DNA from: Laetmonice hystrix
Taxonomy: Eukaryota
Direction: 5' to 3'
Length of the DNA stretch: 64,000 bases
NCBI GenBank assembly: GCA_965235115.1
Contig: OZ249440.1
Span: 31,870,001-31,934,000 of the forward strand
Shown in pieces: positions 38,433 to 49,289 of this stretch. Each line of letters starts with the position of its first letter. Position 1 is the stretch's first letter. A model generated the notes under the pieces. The model did not search any database. It saw only the letters and a program-made list of their open reading frames with translations, and was not told the origin of the DNA. A program made the translations under genes and the position numbers.

Positions 38433-38808
38433 GGCCCCGTTTCATAACTAATAACGCAGCTGAGTTGTTAACGCAGATGCGCAAATAGCCTCATTTTTGA
38501 GGTTAATGTGTTGCATAACTAATAACGCAACGCACTATGCGTTCATAGCGCGCGTTGTCTGGCTCCAAAATCGTGTAATTAACGCGCACCTATAAGGGTC
38601 TGCGCTAATTCCCATCATGAAATATAAAGCTGGCAATTCTACGAAAATACATAACGTGGATACTTAAGTTGAAAAGTGGGGGAGACCGGGGACAATTACG
38701 CAAATGCTTATGAAACACTTTAACGCAACGATCGCTATCTGCATCGTTCGCTAATAACGCACTTGTGCGTTATTAGTGTGCGTTCGCTGTTAGTTATGAA
38801 ACGGGGCC
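38433..38808. mobile_element. Harbinger-like MITE, CTG TSD
   Basis: GGCCCCGTTTCATAACTAA TIR; CTG on both flanks. Confidence 0.85.
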
Positions 38809-38879
38809 CTGGAAGGCTAAGGGCCTGGTATAGATCTAGGCCTAATATGAAAGGTAGGCCTACAAAGCTCTTCAACCAA

Positions 38880-40596
38880 CAGTTTAGAGATCAGGTAATA
38901 GAAGACTCTGTCTTCAGTTGGTGGCAATGGACTGAAAAAGACGGCTTTGTAAAAAAAAAAAACCATCAAAGCACGGCTCGACAACCGACGCATTTCAAGA
39001 CCTAGCAAGTCAGCTACCCCTATTCTTCTGACATTCTTTTATTAAAGAGAATCAGGCTTCCTCCTATAACCAATCAGAAACCAACGTCATGGAACCAGGC
39101 AGCAACACGTTGTAAAGAGTATAAAGTTTGAGGTGCCGGCCAGCTAAGCCAAGACTGCCATATTCCTAGCTCAGCGGCCGGCCTCCCAGTCGTTGGGGAT
39201 GGAACAACGCAAACTCACAGTTGACAGTAGTCGCCAATCTCTCCACTCTACTCTTTTTTATTATCAATCCAATACATATATTTATATCCCAATTCTTCTC
39301 ATGTCCCCGCCTCCTATTTTAATTGCGCATGCGTCCTAAATCATGCTCTATCGTGAGGGAAGCGTGTACACTTTTAACTGGATAAAAGCATGACGTGATC
39401 TACGTGGCTAGACAAAATATAATCACTTGATTATACAGGCCCCCTTCCCGCTTGTACTCATTCCCCTATCCTATGCATTCATAATAATATTTCCATCCGT
39501 CTATAACCATAATATTAGTTTATCCCTTACAACGTGTCTACTGCAAATGGACCTTGCAGAAAACTTTACTTGCGTATGACAAAATCAAATCCAGAGCGCA
39601 CATTGGCGGCAAAGGCAGGTTTCAATATACACTGTTGGTCCACCATCGTGAACATACCATGTCATTGTGTTATAGTCAGCGACTGCCGTGATCATGAAAA
39701 GTCGGCAGCGGTGGCGTACACCAGTCCTTTGAGATCCTATAGGCCTAGATGAAACAAAACCTCCGAATGTTGAGGTGATCCGACATCCCGGACAGATGGT
39801 CCATCAAGTCAAATTAAGAAGATATATATTTGCCTTGTTGTCGAAGCTAGAGAAATACCGATCATTCAAAATCACGTGAAGCTTTTTCGCAACGTCCCAC
39901 GGAAAAGCGCCAAACTATGGCCTTGGCGGGAATGTGAAACGCATGGCTCATCGTTTGATCATGTCCGGGGCGAAGATGATGAGTAATGCTGAAACATTTG
40001 CTGATGTGATCAGATCGTGTGAGACAGACATTCATGTCATTGTTATGAATGAGGACGTCATTGAACAGCAATGTCAAGATTTGGGCACCTTTGTCTTGTG
40101 GAATGGACTGCAGACATTCCCCCCGGGACAATTAGGCCCTACTATACACACTGTGTTCAAACAACTGGTGAGAAAAATTTACAGAATTATTATACAGAAG
40201 ACGTAAGACACAGAGACGTCCCTCTACGCTATGCCATGTTGAAGATGCTGTAGGCGGTCCTATAGACTTCAGTCAACGACCTGACCTTCCTGGACAGAAT
40301 CCAGTTCCAGGGCAATGCGTGAAGGAAGCGAGACTGCCGTTGCCTCTTGTAAACCTCCAGCCAAATGCTGTGATCGAGTATCAGCTAGGCCTGCATATCG
40401 AAACAAGACATTACAGGGCAAGCAAAAGAAGACAAAGCAGGACGACTCTGAATGTGCAAGCTGCTGTTTTGTCTCTCGTGACCCATCCGATCCTAAATCA
40501 ACTGAGGACTGGCTTATGTGTAGGATATGCCACCTTTGGTTTCACGAGTCCTGTGGGGAAGATTATGGCATTATCGACGATGATTTTTCGACTTAG
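38880..40596 (+). pseudogene. Sola2-type DDD transposase pseudogene with a C-terminal PHD-like finger
   Basis: Across frameshifts: QMDLAENF...QIQSAHW, VIVSDCRDH, TDGPSSQ, FFATSHGK...GLGGNVKR, then WLMCRICHLWFHESC. GTAATTCCGTCA subterminal repeats at ~37710-37915 and ~41000-41045. Confidence 0.8.
39111..39531. mobile_element. Solo LTR inserted in the Sola2 gene
   Basis: TGTAA ... TTACA; 4-bp TSD ACGT. Confidence 0.8.
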
Positions 40597-41079
40597 CAAA
40601 GCTTTTTCTGCTCTTTATAAATGGAACACCCTCCCAGCTTTTAGGCCAAGTAACTCTGTCGTCTTGAAATCACCTCATAGATTTTCACATATGACGGTGG
40701 TATGGAAGTAGACTATAGCCTATATTTGTTCGGCCAATTCGTTATCAGCCTTCACTTTCTGCCTGTTCCGGCTCATAATTTAGCCTACTTTTTATATCAC
40801 TTACGTTGCCATTGCGTTAGTTGACCTTTGTTCCACATGTTCAATAGGCCTACAGCTTGTTTCCTGCGATTAGGCCTCGTTACAGTGATATGAATTTTAA
40901 AAATAAATTCTATAGAATCATAAATCTATTTACCTATAGAAGCCTATCATATGCCTATAGAAGCCTATAACTCTGGTTTTTAATGCGATCTGTCATTAGT
41001 GTGACGGAATTACAGCAATTGTAATTCCGTAACGTGACGGAATTTCAAGGCACATTTATGAGCTTTTTTTTAATGAGTA

Positions 41080-41675
41080 AAACTCATTTTGACGTGAAGA
41101 TATAGCCAGAATAGCTCGAGTTCTGGCTAACATGACGGCCATATTTAATTTGTGCAAATGAGGGAGCGAGCCAATCACTCTTTTTCTTCTAGTAACCGAT
41201 TCCTCCGTCCCAGAACCTCCTAAAAAATAATTAGAATATGTATCACTGCAAAAAGATCGAGTATTTCATTTATCCCCTGAACAGTACTTTATAAAGAGTA
41301 AAATTCCATTTTGACGTTGAAATATAGCCAGAATAGCTCAAATTCGTGTTAAGATGGCGGCCATATTTAATTTATACAAATGAGTGAGCGGCCAATCACT
41401 CTTTTTTTCTTGTAACAGATTCCTCTGTCCCAGAACCTCCTAGGAAAAAATTAAATAATGAAAAAAGTCAATTCACGGGTGGAGATAATGCCAAAAGTGA
41501 ATCGCCATGGGTAAGATGGCGGCCATATTGGATTTATGCAAATTAGAAAAAATGCTCCAGGGTGCCAAGCTGGCATCAGGCGGATTCTCACTCAGGACGA
41601 CCTTGGCACCTTAAATCCATCAAAAAATAACAGTTATACCACATTTCTAGGTTCAGCCCTTTGGCTGCCGGACTA
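41080..41675. mobile_element. Academ-like terminal fragment with a ~217-bp tandem pair
   Basis: Ends ...GGCTGCCGGACTA, similar to the 22205 terminus; AAGATGGCGGCC motifs. Confidence 0.5.
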
Positions 41676-42204
41676 ATAGGCCTGTTTTGGCCTATAGGGT
41701 GATAGGCATACTTTTTTCCTGGGGCCTATCGATCTTGGATCTAGGCTCCCACCCCCAACGTAGCCATTTTGTAATAGGAAAAGGGGGACCAGAGCCTCCC
41801 TCTTATAATTTGGGGGCTTTTCCCGGTCTGCACATGCACCTTATTTAAAAGTGAACATAACAGATTGAAAGACCCACATTCGAAAGAAACGAAAACTCGT
41901 GAAATAGAAAAACTATAAAGAGGGAATCTGCCAGGCTTTTATGGCTAGGATATAGGCCTCAAGACGGGTGTGGGGCAAGACGCCTCCAGGGGGCGTCTTA
42001 CCTCTGGTATGGGGCAAGACGCCCCTTTGCAATTTTATTCGAAATATTTCATTTTTTAAATGTTGGAAAAAGGATATAGCCAAAGCATATTAGCAATGAG
42101 TAGCTAAAATATATATATCTTTTCACACAAAAAACTACTCGTTCTGATAACACGGGACGGCCTGGTAATGCTTTGACCCTAAAAGGGGGCGTCTCGCCCC
42201 GCTA

Positions 42205-43090
42205 ACTGTAGATTATTACAGCACTTTTTGGGAAGTTGATTGTTTGGAAAACGATGTCACTGTCAGGAAAGTCATCAAGAAACTGAAGAGTCAGTTTGTA
42301 CGACACGGCATTCCTGAGGTGGTCGTGAGTGACAATGGACCCCAATTCAAGTGCAATGCTTTCAAGAAATTCTCGGACAAGTGGGATTTCGAACATATCA
42401 CTTCAAGCCCAGGACACAGTAGAGGAAACGAAAAAGCAGAGGCAGCTGTTAAAGTTATCAAGAACATCCTTTAAAAAACTTACAAAGCGAAGGAAGATCT
42501 ATACCTGGCCCTCTTGGAGTACAGGAATACACCAACACAGGATCTTAATACAAGCCCAGTGGAACGGTTGTTTAACAGAAGGACGAGGTCGGTTCTGCCC
42601 ACAGCTGCAAGCCTTCTCAAACCACGAACAGAATTACCAAACGAACATGCAGACATCTAAATGAGGGGGACACTGTAAGGATCAAACCCTTCACACCCCG
42701 GGGCAAAACGTGGAGGAAAGGAAAAGTTGTGAAAAGACTTTCTCAAAGGTGATACAATGTTGAAACAGCCGAAGGTGGAATTATCGTCGGAACAGGCAGC
42801 ATCTAAGAAATACCAAAGAAGTACCGGACGATTAGACTGCTACCCATGATTAGAGTCTACGCCTCAGGCAACCCTACAAGACAAAGTAGCACCACCCAGC
42901 CAGAGTGCACCAGACCAGCAACTGAAACCCAGGATAGCAGAGCAATCCGGCAAAGGAAGCCCCATCAGGAGAACCATACCTTACCACGGGCTATACCAAA
43001 AGTGCCAAAAACCAGTAGTCGCAGAACCATGGGCAATAAGAAGGTCTACCCGTAACACGAACAAACAGTCATACCTCAAGGATTATAAAA
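42205..43090 (+). pseudogene. Ty3/Gypsy integrase fragment
   Basis: VDYYS...HGIPEVVVSDNGPQF...TSSP...AEAAVK...LLEYRNTP, with stops. Confidence 0.9.
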
Positions 43091-43364
43091 TTGATTAAAA
43101 AAGCTTATATCTGCCAGGGACATCTTTTACTGAAAGACATATCAGTGTAAATGTAAACTAAGTAACGTCTTGGCTGGAGACCTGCCCCCTGCTGCATCTA
43201 ACATCATATCTGAGTTGTTAGGTCTCGATGACGCAACGGATAATGATTATTTCATATAGAGTAATAGAGTAATGATTATTTCATATAGAGTAAATGCAGG
43301 GTCAAATTCATATGCTTCCACGAGCAGGACATTATACTAAAGATGGACAATGACTTTATCCTTT

Positions 43365-43530
43365 AAAAGAAAAAAGGAAGGATGTTACAGTATGACAGTA
43401 GTTTGATGTTAATAAAATCCACTAGATGGCGGCACGCTAGACGAGGAAGCGCGGCATAGCAGAGGACACGCACGCGGAGGGGGTTCATTACGAAACACGT
43501 GTGTTGCGTGGCGGGAGACGGAAGGAGGAA
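43365..43530 (+). mobile_element. Polypurine tract and start of a 3' LTR
   Basis: AAAAGAAAAAAGGAAGGA directly followed by TGTTACAG at 43383; LTR end not resolved. Confidence 0.65.
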
Positions 43531-43532
43531 AT

Positions 43533-45030
43533 AGAGAGTTTTAGATTACAGTCACGTAAACGTCCCGCATACGTGGGAGCAGTCAAAAGGTCACGTACAA
43601 GTTGAGGACACGTGCGGCAACTAAAACATTTTTAGATTAACAAAGTACACACGTGTGGAGGCGTCCCGTGCAGGCACCCATTTCGAATGGGTGCCGACTT
43701 TCTCCACATGGAAAGTTTGGTCATGTAGCTAAAATCGGCACTTGTTTGATGTCATGGTGATATTTTAATTTTTAGTGCAGGGACGTGATTGCACTGCCGT
43801 AAACGCGAGCAACACACGTGAGGTCACCGCGATCCACAAATAGCTGAGGAATCCCACACACACGGGGGTGACACGCGCGTTTTATACGTGTAGCTGCTGT
43901 CCCACACGTAAGATACGCGGTTTTCCCTTTTAATATTCTAGCATGTAGAATGGTCTAAACAGGTACATGGTAGTAATATAATATTTGCCAGTTATTTATG
44001 TACACATGTGCAGAGGAATTAGAGTTGAAATGAGGTATTTGTTGCTCAATCAGGTGAGATACGGGTGCATGTTTTTGGTGATTCTAACCATCGTGTCAAA
44101 GGACCCAGGAGATCACTCCGCTGTAGTGGAAGCTATAGAAAATTTTGTTATGTTTCCAGGGGCATTTTGCGTCCCATGAATAAACAGGTCATGACTCCCT
44201 GCATGACATAAATTTTGCTAATGAAATAAAAGTGATACAATGGTATACCAGATACCGACTTTGACTATATGACCAAATCTTTCATTTAGATCGCATCACG
44301 TGTTGGCATCATATAAACACATGCCACTTCAGAAAAATGCGTTTCTCAGCATCAGAAGTAGGGTACAGCTTCGTCATCATACCAAGCTAGTTCCAACATA
44401 ATAACTTCGTCCATTTTTACCAGAGATAGATGGTACCAGCGCGTAAGGCTATGCATATGAGTCAACTGTACAAGGTTTGCAGATATGTGAGCAAAAATAA
44501 GCTCCATGCAGTAAAAATACACCTTATGGGTAGGCCTCGTTAAATCGGATATCCAGGCCTAAATATATTTCAGGTTATGCAATCAATGAAAAAGGACATT
44601 ATTGACGTTCATAGCACCATCGTCTTATCAGCTATAATTCAGAAATATTTACCGACTGACATAACAAAAATTTAACTCAATAAAAAGACAGTCGGTGCAA
44701 ATCCGTCTGTAATTCGTTTGACATAACAAAAATTTAACTCAATAAAAAGACAAACGAATTACAGACGGATTTGCAGGGTCGTCCGGGTGCAATGCATAAT
44801 GCGAGTCGACTCCGGATAGGTGCACTTTGCGTTCGTCACTTTTCTCTTACGTAATGTCTGGCTGTGGTCCGGCGACCACAGCATTTGGCCTTCAGACAGC
44901 AGCTACACGTTTGAAACGCGCGTGTCACGCCCGTGTGTGAGGAATTCCCCAGCTATTTGCTGCTATTTGGGGCTCGTGTTGACGTCACACGTGCCGCTCG
45001 CGTTTACGGGAGCGCAATCTAAAACTCTCT
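43533..45030. mobile_element. ISL2EU-like element
   Basis: AT|AGAGAGTTTTAGATT ... AATCTAAAACTCTCT|AT; ACACGTG-rich arms. Confidence 0.75.
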
Positions 45031-46026
45031 ATTATCAAGGAAAAAGCGGGATTTTACGTTCTAAAGTACACCTACTGTTGTCCAAAGATACCAAGAAACG
45101 GAAGGCATGCCAAATAGAAAAGCCGATAAAGCCAAGGACAAAAACAAGCAGGTTTTCCAAGAGGTAACCATAACACAACCCGACGACACCACCAATATGG
45201 CCGAGGTTGCTAACGTCAACAATGGCACACCAAACAAGGCAACAGGTAAACCTAGATATGATTTACTCGCTGTAAGACCTTACTCAGGACGCAAAGAGAC
45301 TATCAATCATGTTCGCCTGAAAACATTGAAGTAATGAGAATTGAGAACTACACACTAAAGACAGATTGGTTGAAATAACTACCAATCTCATTGGTTTAGC
45401 CTAAATTGGTTAAATTTGCTTAAATCACAACCAATACGTTGGTTATTGGGTAACCAATCTCATTGGTTGAGCCGAAATTGGTTGATTTAACCACCAATTT
45501 AGTTACAACCAATATGTTGTTTATTGGCGATTAACAACCAATGTGGTTACTGGACAACCGGCACGGTGATCACATGATGACTCTCACCTGCCCATTTCTT
45601 TGTCTATACCCCGAATAGTTGGGTCATTTCTGGCACTTCCGTGACCGTTGAGTCCAAACAAAGGTTTTTCTATGGATTTGTCATCTTTGAGGGTTACTTT
45701 GAAAAATTAGCGAGGGTGACCCTCGCGAAAGTGTGGGCTAACTTTGCAAGGGGCCAAAATCCAAAATGGCCGCCGGGGGCCACCTTAAAAATTACTTTTG
45801 CTATGGTTTAGGCTACAGTGCTGATCAGCATATGCTTTTTGGGGTTTTTGGGGTCAAGGAATTCATTTTTAGTCCTTTCATAATGATTCGACCTCGTTTT
45901 GACCGAGAAATCCAAGATGGCTGCCGTTCACCATGTTGGAAACAGGCCTCTCAATGGTGCGGCTGTAATGCTGATCAACGCAAGCTTTCTGGGTTTTTTT
46001 TGGTCAGGGAATTCATATTCAATCAC

Positions 46027-47320
46027 TCCTGTAGAGGATTATACAACTTTTCTCTTTAGGGACATTGTCAAAGTAATTGGGTTACCCCTGATGCCCGTGC
46101 ATTTCAAAAGAAAAATACAGTCTACGCCAGTGCCAGGATTACCTTAACAGTCAATGTTCGGTAGAAATCATGTGTAGCTCTAACTAGGAAAATATGAATT
46201 CCGTCTCATTTCAAAAAGATGTGTGTAGGGGGGAGGGTCCATTGTCCTGCTCGACCACCAAAGCTCCTTTTTAAGGGGAGTGGCGGTGGCCTAGTGGGCA
46301 TGGATGTCGACACCTTATGCTATGCGAATGGGTGCAGTAATCTTAGGGCCTGGGTTCGATTCCTGTAGAGGACTATACAACTTTTCTCTTTAGGGACATT
46401 GTCAAAGTAATTGGGTTACCCCTGATGCCCGTGCATTTCAAAAGAAAAATACAGTCTACGCCAGTGCCAGGATTACCTTAACAGTCAATGTTCGGTAGAA
46501 ATCATGTGTAGCTCTAACTAGGAAAATATGGATTCCGTCTCATTTCAAAAAGATGTGTGTAGGGGGGAGGGTCCATTGTCCTGCTCGACCACCAAAGCTC
46601 CTTTTTAAGGGGAGTGGCGGTGGCCTAGTGGGCATGGATGTCGACACCTTATGCTATGCGAATGGGTGCAGTAATCTTAGGGCCTGGGTTTGATTCCTGT
46701 AGAGGACTATACAACTTTTCTCTTTAGGGACATTGTCAAAGTAATTGGGTTACCCCTGATGCCCGTGCATTTCAAAAGAAAAATACAGTCTACGCCAGTG
46801 CCAGGATTACCTTAACAGTCAATGTTCGGTAGAAATCATGTGTAGCTCTAAGTAGGAAAATATGGATTCCGTCTCATTTCAAAAAGATGTGTGTAGGGGG
46901 GAGGGTCCATTGTCCTGCTCGACCACCAAAGCTCCTTTTGTAGGGGAGTGGCGGTGGCCTAGTGGGCATGGATGTCGACACCTTATGCTATGCGAATGGG
47001 TGCAGTAATCTTAGGGCCTGGGTTCGATTCCTGTAGAGGACTATACAACTTTTCTCTTTAGGGACATTGTCAAAGTAATTGGGTTACCCCTGATGCCCGT
47101 GCATTTCAAAAGAAAAATACAGTCTACGCCAGTGCCAGGATTACCTTAACAGTCAATGTTCGGTAGAAATCATGTGTAGCTCTAACTAGGAAAATATGGA
47201 TTCCGTCTCATTTCAAAAAGATGTGTGTAGGGGGGAGGGTCCATTGTCCTGCTCGACCACCAAAGCTCCTTTTGTAGGGGAGTGGCGGTGGCCTAGTGGG
47301 CATGGATGTCGACACCTTAT
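46027..47320 (+). repeat. 334-bp tandem array (~3.9 copies) carrying Pol III A/B boxes
   Basis: TGGCGG at 46281, 46615, 46949 and 47283; TGGCCTAGTGG and GGTTCGATTCC motifs. Confidence 0.9.
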
Positions 47321-47780
47321 AACCTGGATCTTAAGTGAAACCGTATACATAACATGTAATTTAAGTGGATATGACTCGATCCATAACTACCGTAATTCGA
47401 AGAAAGGGGGCGGTGTCAGTATCTTTGTAAGGCAAGATGTTAGCCATACTGTCCTTCATAACATCCAGACGTCAAATGAATAGATTGAAAGTGTGTTTGT
47501 GAGAGTAAACAAAGCCGAACTAAAGAGCCAACTAAAGAGGGTAACTTTACTCAATGTTTTGAAGCCTATGACGAAATACTTGATAACTTGAAAAATACCG
47601 ACTGTTACGTCTGTGGAGACTTTAATATAGCATCGTACATGTGTAAAAAAAACCCTTCAGCTTAACGTTTCGATAATATTAACCTGGCAACGAATTTCAC
47701 CCTTCTAATAAATAAACCAACTACTAGAGTTCAAAAACCCTCCAGTACTATTATCGATAATATAATTACCAATAATGTCT
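47321..47780 (+). pseudogene. LINE (CR1/L2-like) APE endonuclease fragment
   Basis: R...KGGGVSIFV, IESVFV, CGDFNI and PT...TIIDNIITN motifs. Confidence 0.85.
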
Positions 47781-47809
47781 CCCTGATAAATGACATGAAA
47801 ATCGTTCTT

Positions 47810-48560
47810 TCACATTGATAAAAACCCACCATTCTTAGCTCTAATGAGTGTTGAGAACTCTCGCCTGTCTTTACATGGCTCTAATACACCAAGATCAATT
47901 TGTTCCTGGGCCTGTTGTCTAATTTATCCCTCATTTTGGGAGACAAGCAATATGGAAGTTTATGGTTTGTGGGAACCACTGGAACTGTCTCAATTTCATG
48001 CTCAACCAAATCAGTGCATCCCAGTCTCCCATCTGGTCTCAAAAAGACGTCCGAATTTTGTACTGAAATATCTTGTAAAGCTTTCGTTTGTTCTGGTGTT
48101 AGGTTAGCTTTTGATAGATCAACCTGGGGTAGGCCTATATGTGAGGAATGCTCTGTCTGATGTACATGCTAAATATTGTTTACCTTGTTTAGTTTTGGAA
48201 TTAACTACTTTTTTATAGGCTCCAAAATATGTCCGCTCTTTAAAGTTCTTTTTCCCTGGAAATAGATAATTAGGCGAATTGGAACCTATCCATCTGTCAT
48301 CATAACTGCTGCCCTGGCTATTAACACCTGACACTTAGTTAGCCTTAAAGAAAACTTCCTGACCTCCCATAGACGTTTACCTAAGGTAATTTGGCCTACA
48401 CACAATACCTCTGACCCGGGCGGGTCTAATCGATTGGGTAATTGGATTTTTGCTAATGTAAGTGTTAAAGAAAGATGATCTAAAGTATAACTGAGTAACA
48501 TTCCATACCTGTGTAAGAAGTCCCTACTCAATATCACTTTACTGTGGATAGCAGGCAGCG
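47810..48560 (-). pseudogene. Ty3/Gypsy pol remnant (protease end to RT start)
   Basis: ILSRDFL; LGCTDLVEHEIET...PYCLSP; LGVLEP. Confidence 0.75.
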
Positions 48561-49289
48561 TCGGCTGCATAGGTCAGCAGGACACATATTGCCCGACTTT
48601 GCTGATGAAGCTAAAAAAATACATATTAAATCGAATAATTAGAGTGGGTTATTCTGAAATATTAAATATGTTCACTATACATGGAAGTTTAAAAATACAC
48701 TTTTTGAGGAATCGACCAAATATACATACATACTCTTGAAATTTGAGTCGGGTTTCTTTCACTGAAGATACAAATGAAGAAAAATACTGATGAATAAATG
48801 ATGCATGTATACTACCAGAATTCTCGAAACCTGCAACTTACAGGATGTCAACACTAATTTATCAATGACGAAATGTGACCTCTTTCTAATTTTTTTCAGT
48901 ATTTGGGAGCCAGCGCCGGCAGTAGTAGTACACTCAGACAGGACAACCAGATGCCGACCCACAACCATCCACGGACAATGCATAGCTAAGTCGGCCTGAG
49001 TCTTATTTGCTTTCTGTGTATTATAATGCAAACCAAAGTAACTCTGGGCTGGCGGTCAATGAAAATCGGCTGTGCCAATGAACCCCAGGGTAAATAAAAG
49101 AAGTTAAGAAAAAAAAAAGGAAAAAAAGAGAACACCGACCCATGACCGTCCATGGACAACACAGGAACAACAACCAACTCAAATCCACGTGCGCACTTTT
49201 TCTTGTTATATATGGTACGTTGTGCTTATGTATTTTTATATGAAGAGTTTCAAAAGCACGATATATCCATTTTCTCCTTCATCACCCTA

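Noticed and set aside
45107..45334. Possible LINE ORF1 start
   Set aside because: Low-complexity peptide without a diagnostic motif.
46027..47320. Hammerhead or twister retrozyme, or tRNA gene, in the 334-bp unit
   Set aside because: Only CTGATGC (not CTGANGA) with no matching stems; no twister motif or tRNA acceptor stem seen.
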